Assembly (NCBI RefSeq): GCF_001447785.1
Contig: NW_015165855.1
Span: forward strand, 554,338 to 618,337
Direction of reading: 5' to 3'
Origin: Gekko japonicus
Lineage: Eukaryota
Length of the DNA stretch: 64,000 nucleotides
The position numbers and the translations under genes are program-made. Shown piece by piece: positions 49,311 to 61,422 of this stretch (its first letter is position 1; each line of letters opens with the position of its first letter). Under the pieces are notes generated by a model. It was not told the origin of the DNA. It made no database searches and saw only the letters and a program-made list of their open reading frames with translations.

Positions 49311-51310
49311 CTGTTCTCTTTATCAAGTGAAAAACATGGAAAGTCTATTTTACTTTGTTCATGCTTACCTGGCAAGCATTTCAGGAAGAGTATCCTATAC
49401 ATTTTTTTATTTGACTAATACTATAGCTGTATAATTTTTTAAGCACTTTTTATTGACAGGAGAAGCATCAACGCAAGTTCATTAGAATATTATTAGCAAT
49501 AGAGAACAAGCAACAGTTCATTTCTGTCCTGTTCTACCCAGTGTCTGAGGAACTGATGTAAGAGACCTCCAATACTTGCAACTTTTTGTAGTAAATTAAT
49601 GCAGTTCTTTACATACTTCAATGGTAATTTCATACATTGCACAGTAGCTTTGAAGCCAAGGGTACATTCAGTGATAAGCTCACCTCTGCAAATACATGTA
49701 TGCCAATGGGTTTGGAGGCGGGCATTGAAAACTTGGATACATATGTCATCTGAGGCCTATACATAAAAGTCTGTGCACTTAAATGAGTCTTGATAACCCT
49801 AGTGGAAATAAGGATAACCTTTATGGAAAGCCGAAGACAACATATTTTATGGAAATTGCTAGAGTCAGTTAAGTAGCATAGGTCTGTAATAAAGTAAGCA
49901 GTGTTCAACTCTTTTCTCGACATGCAGTGAAAAATCACTCCAGATGAAAACTCACAAACAATAAATGTAGAATTCTCACTCTGTTTAAACGGTATTATTA
50001 GTAAACAGAACCCCACACCCTGTTTGGAATCTTTTAAAAAAGGCTTGTAATATCTATATAATGAGTATCTCATGGATGCTGAAAAATATTTTCTTTCACA
50101 CAAAGCTTTTCCATCATCAACCGTTTAGAAAAGAAAGGCCAGGAATAAATAAATATACCCAAATTTGTTACTGAAAAAAAAAACAATTAAAATGATCCTC
50201 ACTTCCTTGTTAAGATACTGACCCTACAAATGTCTGTCAAATTCACAGAAGTCCAAATTGTAAACACTGGGATCCTAGATTAATGTTGTGGAATACTGAA
50301 AGTAGAAGAAGGAGCACTTCTCAAGTCATCATGCATTAGTATTACTACACAATCTACACATTCAGAAAGAGTATGTGGCACAGCTCTCCCATGACTATAC
50401 CATATCAAAATACAGGTGGGCAAATCTAAATGTCCTCAAGAAAAAAAATGTCCTGCACTTAGAATGTGTGAGGGAGGATTGTAAACTAGTACACTTTAAT
50501 ATGATAGCTTTACATGTGGAGGGAAGGAGACCACTTCAGTATGCAATCCCACCCCACTATCTGCAATGGTACAGTTAAGATCCATGTGCATTTTTCTGAG
50601 TATACAGGAGGGTCTTAAGTTCCGATACAGCCCCGTATGTATAAACATCCAGGGTCAGTGATTGGCATCTCCATTTTAAAAGGTTACACTACAGTAGGTG
50701 CCATAAATGTTCTGTTAACTGTAGGCCTTATGGGAACTTGTATGAACATCTTTTGAGCTTTTATTTTCTCAGCATTTGATAACACAATGATTGATTTGTG
50801 AGCTCTCATCTGAAAAGAATAATGTGCAAGGCAGTATAAAAGTTCTGCTTTTGATATGAGCTCTGTAATGGCTTATCTGCATACGGAAGTCATTACTTAG
50901 GTACAAGGTGTAGAAAGAAATGGAGCAGTTATCAAATATTGGATATAGATGCTGAACTAGGCATAGGAGACTCGGACAATGTGTGCATTGTATTCATATT
51001 TCCCCTTAAGCAGCTCATGTTGAAAGAGAGGTTGTCATAGTCCTTTAATGTCAATGCAACCCAGCTTCACCACACCCTGCCAGAAGTCTTGCAACTGCAG
51101 AGCCACACAAGAATAATGGCTCCGATTTCCTGGCCTCATTCACGGAGCAAATGCCTCAAGTGGAACAAAAACAGAGGATATTTTATGAATGTGATGAAAC
51201 ATGAAGGCTAAACCAATGTTTTTTCTGAAGAAAACTTCCCAAAATGAGAACCATACTACTAAAAGCAAATATTTCCATTTCAGTTGTGGTAAGGAGTTAC
51301 TAGGCTGTTA

Positions 51311-51462
51311 TAGCCTGATCTCATCAGATCTACGTGGAAGGGAGACCTCCAAGGAAGAGTCTGTAGAGGAAGACACTAGTAAATCGCCTCTGCTTCTTAC
51401 TTGACTTGAAAGCCCCTTTCTGGAGTTACCATAAGTTGACCGCAATTTGAGAGCTATTTACA
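51311..51462 (+). mobile_element. Degenerate 5S rRNA-derived SINE with RTE-like tail
   Basis: cctgatctcatcagatct and gggagacctccaaggaa resemble 5S rRNA segments, followed by an RTE-type gaggaag..aaatcgcctctg tail. Confidence 0.5.
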
Positions 51463-51487
51463 TTGACCAGCTGTTACTAAGTGACTT

Positions 51488-51534
<47 letters not shown>
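51488..51534. repeat. (ATC)n microsatellite, about 15 units
   Basis: Read directly. Confidence 0.95.
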
Positions 51535-51620
51535 TTAATTGCCCTATCACAGCTTACACCGGGCTCTGGGTGATGTGAAAATGCACCACCACCCCCAAAA
51601 AAATTGAAAAGGAAGCTTAC

Positions 51621-54041
51621 CTTGTCACTGTCTTCCAAGTTAGAATTTAAATAGTTTCCTCCATCACCCGTGAAAGGTACACCAGACTTATTACTGCAGA
51701 GAACATTCTCTGCAATCTGAACGTTGGGAGCTAAGAAAGTGAACTCATTCTTCCTGGATTCTGAGGACAGGCACAGCTGGTAGGAATAAGGCAAAGTCCC
51801 ATCTTCAAAGTTGGGTGGGAAGATGGCTCCAGCATTTGAATGAGGAACAGGAGCAAAGCACTGAAGGAACTTGGGATTCCCTGATCGTCGAAGCTTCATC
51901 AGAATGGCCAGGATCACCGTCAAGAGGAACAAGAATGACATCAAAGCCAGGGCCAGCACCAGGTAGAACTGCAGGTCTGACTGATAGTCAGGACTGATGG
52001 ACTGGGTCTTCATTTCTGGAAGGGCCTCCTGAAAGTTCTCAGCAAACACCAAGTTCAGAGTCACGGTGGCTGAGAGAGACGGCTGGCCATTATCCTTCAC
52101 CAAGACGACCAGTTTCTGTTTTGCAGCATCTTACTCCACAAAGGCCCTTGCTGTCCTGATTTCTCCAGTGTGAGAACCAACAGTGAAGAATCCTGGTTCA
52201 GTGGCTTGAATGACATGGTAGGAAAGCCAGGCGTTGTGTCCAGAATCAGCATCCACGGCCACCACCTTTGTGACCAGATATCCTGCCTCAGCAGAACGAG
52301 GTACCATCTCAAATAAGGCTGAGCCCTTGGCTTCTTGTGAAGGGGACAAGATCCATGGGCTGTTGTCATTCCGATCCAGAATGAACACCCTCACTGTGAC
52401 ATTGCTGCTGAGAGGGGGAGAACCACCATCTTGGGCCCTCACTTGAAGCTGGAACTCTCTGAACTGTTCGTAGTCAAAGGACCTCTGGGCATGGAGAGCA
52501 CCAGTCTGAGAGTTAATGGAGATATACGAAGAGATGGGGAGCTCCTCAATGTTACTGTGGAGAATGGAATATGTGATTCGTGAATTTTTATCTACATCTG
52601 GGTCTAAGGCTTTGACTGTGAAAACAGAAGCACCAGAGGGATTGTTTTCTGGAATATAGATAGTATAGGAAGATTTCTCAAAAGTAGGGGCATTGTCATT
52701 GATATCCGAAATAAGTAGTGAGATGGTTTTCTGTGTAGAGAGTGGAGGTGTCCCTTGGTCAGTAGCAGTGATTGTGATATTGTAACCTGGTGTTCTTTCT
52801 CTGTCCAGAGGTCTGTCCAAAACGAGTTTATAGAAATTATTAGATGACGATAGAATTTTAAAGGGCAAATCGTTTTGTATGCTGCAAGTAACCTTACCAT
52901 TATCTCCAGTATCTTTGTCATTTACATTGATCAGAGCAATAAGAGTTCCAGAAAGGGAATCTTCAGGTATTGGGCTGAACAGAGAGGCTAAGCTCACTTC
53001 CGGTGAATTATCATTCTCATCAAGAATGCTTATGTCAACTTTGCAATGAGTTACCAGTCCTCCACCATCTTTTGCTGCAACTGTCATAGTATATTCATTT
53101 GTTTCTTCAAAGTCCAAAAGCCCCACAAGAAGAATTGTGCCACTGATTGGATCCAGGCTGAATTTCTCTTGGCCATCTGCTTCTAAATTGCTAAAATGGT
53201 ATCTGATTTGGGCATTTGTACCTTCATCATTATCAGAAGCTGCAACTTGGAGAACAGAAGACCCAAGAGGTGCTTTCTCTTGTAAGCTGACTTTATAGGA
53301 CTCTTGACTAAAGATGGGTGGGTTGTCATTGACATCAGTGACATTCACCCATATTTGAGTGGTGCCAGTTTTTATAGGTTCACCCCCATCCATGGCTGTT
53401 AGGATCAAGTGGATGGTATGTTCATTTTCCCGATCCAGTGGTTTCTGTAGTATTAAATCTGCAAATTTATTTCCATCCTGACTGTCTTTAATTTCCAAGC
53501 TAAAATACTGATTGAGACTCAGCTGGTAATTCTGCACAGAGTTCCTTCCAATGTCAGGATCTTCGGCTTTCCCAAGAAGAAATCTGGTGCCTGGTAATGT
53601 TAGTTCACTCGTCTCCAAGTAGATATTGCCTCTGAGGAACTGTGGTGCATGATCATTAATGTCCTGAATTGCCACAGTTATGTGAAAAACATTGAGAGGG
53701 TTTTCTATCACTGCCTCAAAATTTACAAGGCAAAGTGGATTCTTGCCACAAATTCCCTCCCTGTCTATTCTGTCATTCACATAGAGGTTTCCATTCTCTG
53801 CATTGATACTGAAATACTGCATTTTAGTCACAGAGACAGCATGCAGATTGTGTTTAGTTAGTTCTCTAGCATTCAGTCCCAAATCCTTGGCCAGATTCCC
53901 CACAACAGAACCCTTCGGTATCTCTTCAGGCACTGAATACCGAACCGGCTCTGAAGCAGCCCAGCAGCACAAAGACAATAAGGAGAGAAGCAGTACTTGC
54001 CTTCGGTGTGCCTGGCCATTTTCTCTCTGCCTTCTCTCCAT
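51621..54041 (-). pseudogene. PCDHGB: Protocadherin gamma-B-like variable exon V8 with a single nonsense codon in EC6
   Basis: TAA at 52133-52131 where paralogs V1/V3/V6 have AAA (Lys). The frame continues unbroken through TM and VCD to donor AAG|GTAAGC at 51621/51620. ATG at 54041. Confidence 0.82.
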
Positions 54042-54290
54042 ACAGCTTTCAATAAACGAGCAGTCTCCTTTTCCTCTCCAGATCAGATCAAATTCTCTTC
54101 TGGGTGCAGTCAATCACAGGATGGAAGAATCTTGCCTTGAAGCTCAATTTTCACAGGCCATCCCTGGTTTTGTTTTCGCTTCTCAGCAGGATTGTTGCGT
54201 CCCTGTTCTCTGCAGTTTCTCCAATAGATACAGCATTGTTTGAAGCAATCATATGCTAAGGATGCATCAGACACTTTTGGGCTGCCATGT

Positions 54291-54332
54291 TGGCCAACAG
54301 TGACACACTGAGGTTCAAACAGAGAACTGCAA
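54291..54332 (-). promoter_or_regulatory. CSE / CTCF site of V8 promoter (CACT variant)
   Basis: Minus strand TTGCAGTTCTCTGTTTGAACCTCAGTGTGTCACTGTTGGCCA. Confidence 0.8.
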
Positions 54333-55509
54333 GAGTTGCTTTCTTGTCCACTTAAAGAAAAAACAACTGGATTTGATCTTAGGGGGGGAATCGTTGGAAA
54401 GCTTCTGTTGTTTTAACGATTCATTCCCTCTGTCTACATCAGGGTTTTTTTTAAATGCAATGATTGTGATATTCTCTGATACCCCACTTTTATCCCATTA
54501 TTATTTTTTGTTCTAATTCTACTGGCATGGGGTATTGCACCTGTTACTTCCATGTTGATTTCAGAGGAGCTCACAGCGTACCAGACTTCTTAACTGATCC
54601 TAGTTCTCCTGTCCCTCCTCAACTCATATAGTGCACAAATAGCTTTCCTAATGAAACAAAGTAAATTATAGTGAAGCAGAATAAACAGAGCCTCAGTATG
54701 GAAGACTTTCTGATATATGGTTTTCTATCTGGAAGATTTTTGGGAAGAGTTATGCAGGAGAATTTGATCATGTGAGCTCCCACATGATGAGACCAGATGT
54801 ATGATGACTCTTGTTGTGCAAATGAAAAACAAAAATGACTAATGGAACATTTGTTTTTGTGGTTCCCGAAGTGACTCTGTGCAGAGTGACTGCTGATTCT
54901 TGTGCAAATGACTCTGTGCATCTGAGTAGTGCTCCTGGAAGGTGATGGCACTGTGGCCAAGCTTTAAGATGGGCGAGAAGGCACTGGAGACATATTGTCC
55001 ATTTCTGCAATGGCAAGGAGAATATTCACCATTTTATTCACTGCAGCTTCTGAGGGTGAAATATACAGTAAAGTATAGTACATGAAACATAAAATTAAGC
55101 AAATTCCGGAGCATGACGGAAGACAGGTGTTGGGTGTTACAAGTAAAAACACTTCAGTATTCACAGGGTTAATGATGTTTGTTAAGTCACATGTTTGTTT
55201 GTAACCAATCTGCTTAGACAACAGGATGCCCGGGAACTTTGGAGCTAATTTGCTACTCTGATTGGAAACCAAGGTGTCAAGTTTTTAGCATACTTGTTTC
55301 TCCTCCTCGTTCTTTGTTCTGACTAGAGAAGGAGATGCCATTCGGCTCTTCCCGTTTTACCCTTTAGCTGCAAGGCTGTAGACATACTAGCTCTTTCTTA
55401 TTTTCTATCCTGTGTACCTTTTCCCATGTTAGGTTTATAGTAAACTTTTATATTTTAATACACATCATGGTCTCTTAATACTCTGCTGATGTATCCAAAG
55501 AATCCCAAC

Positions 55510-55590
55510 AACAGGAGAGCCTGGCATTATGTGGTCCATGGGGTTGCGAAGAGTCGGACTCGACTGTGCGACTGAATAACAACAACAATA
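55510..55590 (+). mobile_element. BovB-type 3' tail fragment
   Basis: gtccatggggttgcgaagagtcggactcgactgtgcgactgaa followed by (CAA)n. Confidence 0.7.
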
Positions 55591-57460
55591 GTAAACTGCA
55601 AAGATGTAGACCAGAGAAATATTCTCATTCTCAAGTGGTAGAATCTTCCATTTATCATCTTCCACAAACCTCCTTTCTTCGAAGTTTAGAAGAAAAGGGT
55701 TATACAAAGATGTGCTTTAGATATGAGATCTCAGAAGGTACGAGTTCTTAGGGAAATGCTGGACTACATGTCCGCAATGGGAGAGGTACATGTATAAGTA
55801 TATGGCAAACACACCACCACCAAAGAAACCCCAGCACAATACTGAATTAAAAAATCACTAAGATGGAAGGCTTCAATATTTATTTAGTCCAATGTGCTTC
55901 AAAATTTACTTAGTCCAATCTACCACAATAAACCACAAGGCGAGACAATCCCTTCACCAAGCCTTCATTATCCTTGCAACCAAAGATCACCAAGTGGAAA
56001 AAGGATGACCTGTGGAAAGGTACCTGAAAAGAAAATTATTCCAGAAACATCAAGCCAAAGAAACAAGCTCCGTATTCCAATGAAAGGCAAATTTCTCATG
56101 AATTGGGATAAAAAATCCCCTTTCCAACAACAGAAATGAATTAGTTATTGGCCAAAATTTAAACCTACCTACATAATCATTCCCAACAAAATATAGTAGC
56201 TACAATTCAACACAGTGTTAAGCATGTTTCAGTCTGTAGATTTCAATGGGCTTAAGTGTGCTGAACTCTATTGCATTGTAGACACTAGGAGCAACTTACT
56301 ATCAAATTAGCTCTCTGGTAATCTCTGAGGCGCTCCAGGGTGGAATCCTTGAATACAAAAGTCTAAAAAAAACAGAAACTGAAAGATGTCCTTTGGTAAT
56401 GTAGCCAGCTCAGCCCTGAACTGAAAATTCGTTGAGGAAATTTATTACAACATTTTAATGTATCTAATAGTTCCAAGCCCTTATTCTATTTTCTAACCAA
56501 CAGTCAGGTATACAATCTGTACATATCTGGTTAAGCCTTCCTTAACCTCTCCTTCCTCTAACATTGTCTCTATTTTTATTAATATCAATAATTATTATAT
56601 AGCACCATGAGTCTTGAAGGACTTGAAGGAAAAGAGAGGGAGAGATTCTGGGATGGATTTCTAGGTGCAAGGGGCATTATCCAAGGAGAAATGGGTGGAG
56701 TTGTTGGGAAGTCAAATGGAGACTATTAAACATTTGAGAGTGGTATAGAGCAGCAAGACTCATGGAAAGAGATATTATATACATGTTACCTCCTCCACCA
56801 TATTTTGATGTCTAACATAGACCTCCCGCAGACCTCAAAGTCTCTTGCCTCAAATCAGTTCAGTAAACAGCCATGTGCATCCTTTTGTGCCAGAAGAGCT
56901 TGCCATATAATTTAACAGAAGATAAGACTGCAACACGCAGGTACTGGAGTTCATATGGAGATCTAGACTGGAGCCTCAAAGTGTCATTACAGGCTCCTAA
57001 TCTTCCTTTCCAAGCCGAAAAGGCCAGTCTTTTGCCCACATGTTTGTACATGTTCCACCCTAAATTAATTCATCGAACATCATTGATCAGCCATGTTTCT
57101 GCACAGCATTCCCAAAGGGTCATTTTAGTGTGAGGTATAGACAACTGGGGCACGGGAGCCAGATGTGTGCATCTGATCACACTCATTTGATCCAGAGGGG
57201 AGGAGTGGCTATGTCAGGCCAAACTGCTCATGTGATCGAACCCAAAGTAGTTTCATCGATATTTTGTAACATGGTGTTAATACTGCCACATGCTTCAAAA
57301 CCTCAATTTGTGCTAGAAGCTTCACTTCTACAGCCTCCACTCCAGCTTCAATCACTCCTGCTCAGTTTCTTTCCAATGAAATGGCATCCTAAAAGCAGGT
57401 GTTTTGTGTAACCTCCTCCCTACCTTCCTGAGTGAGCTCTTCCAAGGGAAGAGCCACAAT

Positions 57461-57991
57461 GGCCCCTGCCACACGGGCAGGAAACTGCAGAGGAGAAGTG
57501 TGGCTGTTTGCCCCGGGGCAAACTAACATGCAGTAAAGCGATCAGACCTACTGTGGAGGTTCTGTGGAGGTACTGTGGAGGTTCCATGGCAAGGGAGAGG
57601 TGCCGATCACAACACACGCCTGCGCGCAATGAAGAAGCGCGCGGCGCGGCGAACTGGTTTTCTTTTTTTGTGTACACTACGAATGCGCATGCTCCGTTGG
57701 GTGCGTGTGCGCATCCACGGAGACGTGGGAAAAAAAAAACCCTTTTCCGCAAGGGGACATGGGCGGGCGCCGGATACCACCGGAAACGCGATCAGACGCC
57801 CGCCCTTGCCCCGCAGTTTCTGGAAACTAGTACCTCCAAGGTACTAGTTTTTTGCTGCGCTTTTTCGGCAGGAAGCCTCAGTTGTGCCACGGAAGCGCTA
57901 CGCTTCCCAGATGTGCTGGTGAGATCGCGACCGGAAACTCCGCTTGTCTTCTGTATCTCTTGCGTGGCTAATGTTGCGTGTGACCGCAGCC
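57461..57991. mobile_element. PIF/Harbinger-like MITE (left arm of inverted pair)
   Basis: TIRs GGCCCCTGCCACACG / CGTGTGACCGCAGCC; TSD AAT. Confidence 0.88.
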
Positions 57992-58017
57992 AATGTTTGG
58001 CTTCAAAGAGCTACCAT

Positions 58018-58547
58018 GGCTGCGGTCACACGGAGCAGTAGCCACGCAAGAGAGATGGAAGACCGGCGGAGTTTCCAGGCGCGATCTCACCGGCACATCT
58101 GGGAAGCGTAGTGCTTCCGCGGCACAACCGAGGCTTCCCGTCGAAGCTGCGCAGCAAAAAACTAGTACCTCGGAGGTACTAGTTTCCGGAAACTGCGGGG
58201 CAAGGGCGGGCGTCTGATCGCGTTTCCGGTGGCATCCGGTGCCCGCCCATGTCCCCTTGTGGAAAAGGGTTTTTTTTCCCCAAGTCTCCGTGGATGCGCA
58301 CACGCACCCAACGGAGCATGTGCATTCGTAGTGTACACAAAAAAGGAAAACCAGTTCGCCGCGCCGCGCGCTTCTTCATTGCGTGCAGGCGTGTGTTGTG
58401 ATCGGCACCTCTCCCTATCCACGGAAGCTCCACAGTACCTCCACAGAACCTCCACAGTAGGTCTGATCGCTTTACTGCATGTTAGTTTGCCTCGGGGCAA
58501 ACAGCCACACTTCTCCTCCGCAGTTTCCTGCCCGTGTGACCGGGGCC
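58018..58547. mobile_element. PIF/Harbinger-like MITE (right arm, inverted)
   Basis: Close reverse-complement match to 57461-57991; TSD CAT. Confidence 0.88.
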
Positions 58548-60155
58548 CATGTTTGGCTTCCTCCAGATCAGAGAGCACTGGAAATGTAAGCATTTTTGTA
58601 GTACTTGCTTTATTTACAAACATGCAAGTTGAGCATTTGAATCAACATTCCTATAATGCAGCAGAACCATTAACCTACATTAGATTCCGACTGAAATCCT
58701 GCACCCTAAATTGCTCCACTCACTATCCAGTCTAATCTGCCCACCGCATCCACTGCTGCCTTCCAATGCTTGCTGGTAAAGGAAAACTTTCCCTTCTCCC
58801 AATACCTGCCAGGGAACCATCACACAAACTATAACTGAATGTCGTAACAAACAGCGTTAAATCTTTACTAATCTTCTTCTTCCTTTTATCCAGTGTCTTA
58901 CCCTTCTCACCATGTATATCTTGATAGAAACTATTTGGGCCTTTGAGAAACAATTTCCTATGCAGAAAAGTGTCAAACTAAATTTTAAAGAACCAAGACC
59001 TATTACCATCTCTGTCCAGATCAGGCATTATTTACCCCCAAATAGGCTTCAATGCTATTTGGTGAGATTAATTCCTCCAAATTTACTTTATGATTGAAAA
59101 AAATTAAAAATGCACATTCTTTGGGTTTTTTATGTTATGTAACAAAAGAGACCATAACAAATTTTAACCCTGGGAACTGGCATTCAAAAACATGCTGCTT
59201 CTGAACATGTTGGTTCCATTCAGTTATCACTAGGAGTGACTGATAGACCTGTCTCTGTGAATTTATCTAATATTCTTCATAGGTGTGCACTTGTACCTTA
59301 TAAATTTCACACAATGCCCTCGATAGTTCTAAGAAGACATTGCCTAAGAACCAGTCATAACCATGATAGGGAAAGCAATTAAGCATTTGACTCTCTATTT
59401 GCCCAACAGTTGCGAAAATCAATCTGGTATCACAGAAAGGTTGATTTTGACACATGATCATGTCTTACTTCTTTGGGGGGGGGATCCTGAAGTTTCAAAG
59501 TTCTTTGTTTTATAGCACTTATGGAGAATATCAGACACAAGCTACTTGCAGGCAAATGAAGCCATTGATTAGACAAGGGGAATGATTACACTGGTCTGCT
59601 GGACAGAAACTGTTTTAATGTTCTTCAGCCATAGTCAGGATGTTTGCATGACTGATTTTCATGTCTTAATCTGTTTCATGTAATTTAGCGGTGCCATCCA
59701 AAGCAGAGTTACCCCTGACTATATCCATTGAAGTCAATGTACTTCTTAGGAAAAGTACAGCTCTTACACTGTAAGTCTCCTTGAAATAGCCTGATTTATT
59801 TATTATTTTCTCTGTGGACATAGGATATGTAGATTGCATATTTAAATTTTTCTTGTTGTTTCCTTTCTGTACTTTGTAAATCCCTATGGGGTAATGCATA
59901 AAAAGGCATTCTTTCAAGTAGTGGCTAAAGTTTGAACGATGAAATTCCTTGATCAAATCTAATCACAACCACAAATTCACTGGTGGCCTCAGACAAGCAT
60001 CGTGTCTCAGTCCTTAGCCTATAATGGGAATCACAGGAGGACCCACCCTGGCACAGCAGTTCACTGCCCAAAAGGTTAGATACAAAAGTTAGAAGTAAAC
60101 TTGTAATTTTTTTACCCCGCTCTTCTTCACAGCAACTCAGAATTTGGGTTACTAA

Positions 60156-60602
60156 GGCCCTGTTCACACGAGACGTTTTGGGCCGGGAGAGGGACGGATC
60201 GGGGCCGCAGCAAACGGGCGCGATCCCACAGCAACATCTGGGAATTGTGCTGCGCTCATTCCCAGCCCGTTCCCAATCCGCCCCTCCTGGCCAAACCCCG
60301 CAGCAAAAAAGAACCACCTACCTAAGTGGTTCTTTCTGAAAGGCCGCATCACTGCTGGCCGTGGGATCGCCGGCGCATCCTTCCGCCGGCACATCCCCGG
60401 CCATACTGCGCATGCTCGAGCATGCGCAGTTCGGCAGCCTCCCTCTCCCAATCGTCTCTTCCTCCCCGGCATCTGATCGTGCCGGGGAGCAACGGCGCCG
60501 CGGCTCAGGGGATCATGGGATCCCGCCGCGGTGTCTCTTTTTTGGTGTGGCTTTTAAAAGCCACACTTTGGCCAGTGTTTTCCCTGCCGTGTGGCAGGGG
60601 CC
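60156..60602. mobile_element. PIF/Harbinger-like MITE, different subfamily
   Basis: TIRs GGCCCTGTTCACACG / CGTGTGGCAGGGGCC; flanks TAA/AAA; CpG-rich. Confidence 0.78.
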
Positions 60603-61119
60603 AAAGATAAATGTATGTGAACCACATTGAATATTTGTTTTGTACTATATAAATATAAAGAATAACCACAAAACAATAATATGACAAGATATCAAATTAA
60701 TTCTTCATATTGGTGCTGCTTTAACATTCACATTGGGTTTTTGTTGTTGTTGTTTGGCATCTCTAAGCAGTCAAGATGTGCTCACTTTTATATACCATTT
60801 ATATTAAACTATATAGTACCCTCCTCGACCTCTCACTATTATTGTCCAGAAGCAGGCCAAAGCAAAATAACTTTTCTGATTGTCTCAGTTCCCTAGTGGG
60901 ATCTTTCTCTCTGACCACCACAACTCTCTCTTATCTTCACATATACCTTTGATCCAAAATCTTCACTGATTACAATAGAATTACTCTGAGCCATTAAAAT
61001 TGTAATAAATATTTAGCAAAGCTGAGACAAAGATATAGATTAGACACAGCTAAGATCAATTCAGGGAAGCTGAAATTAAAATACATAAATTGCCTATATG
61101 GAGATTTCAGATTCAACCT

Positions 61120-61339
61120 TAAAGTTACCAGTGCTGGGTCAGGAAATTCCTGGAGATTTGGGAGTGGAATCTGGGGTGAGTGGAGTTTGGAGAAGGGAAG
61201 AAGCTAAGTGGAGATGCACTGCCATAGAGTCTGCTCTCCAAAGCTGCCATTTTCATCATGGAAACTAATTTACTGTAGTTTGGAGCTCAACTGTAATTCT
61301 GGGTAAACTCTAGGCCCCACCAAGAGGTTGGTAACCGTA
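61120..61339. mobile_element. Diverged inverted copy of the TAGGGTTGCCA MITE
   Basis: ctgggtcaggaaattcctggagatttggg...gccatagagtc..ctccaaagc is a diverged reverse complement of the 5451-5658 body. Confidence 0.6.
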
Positions 61340-61422
61340 CTCAACATCATTATATATATATTTTTTTCAATTCCAATGACAACATAAAAAGTGGAGCAAG
61401 TACTGCTCAAAATAAAACTCAC

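Noticed and set aside
49630-50103. 157-aa minus-strand ORF in the V7-V8 spacer
   Set aside because: No recognisable domain. It may be a decayed LINE remnant but cannot be supported without a search.
57420-58735. GC-rich ORFs of 100-177 aa in MITEs (also 5762-6511, 25452-25983, 59925-60630)
   Set aside because: Stop-poor frames of GC-rich non-autonomous elements, with no transposase motifs.
54400-61200. Possible decayed Pcdh exon or extra CSE in the long V8-V9 spacer
   Set aside because: No cadherin motifs or CSE found by eye. The region appears to be old repeat remnants.
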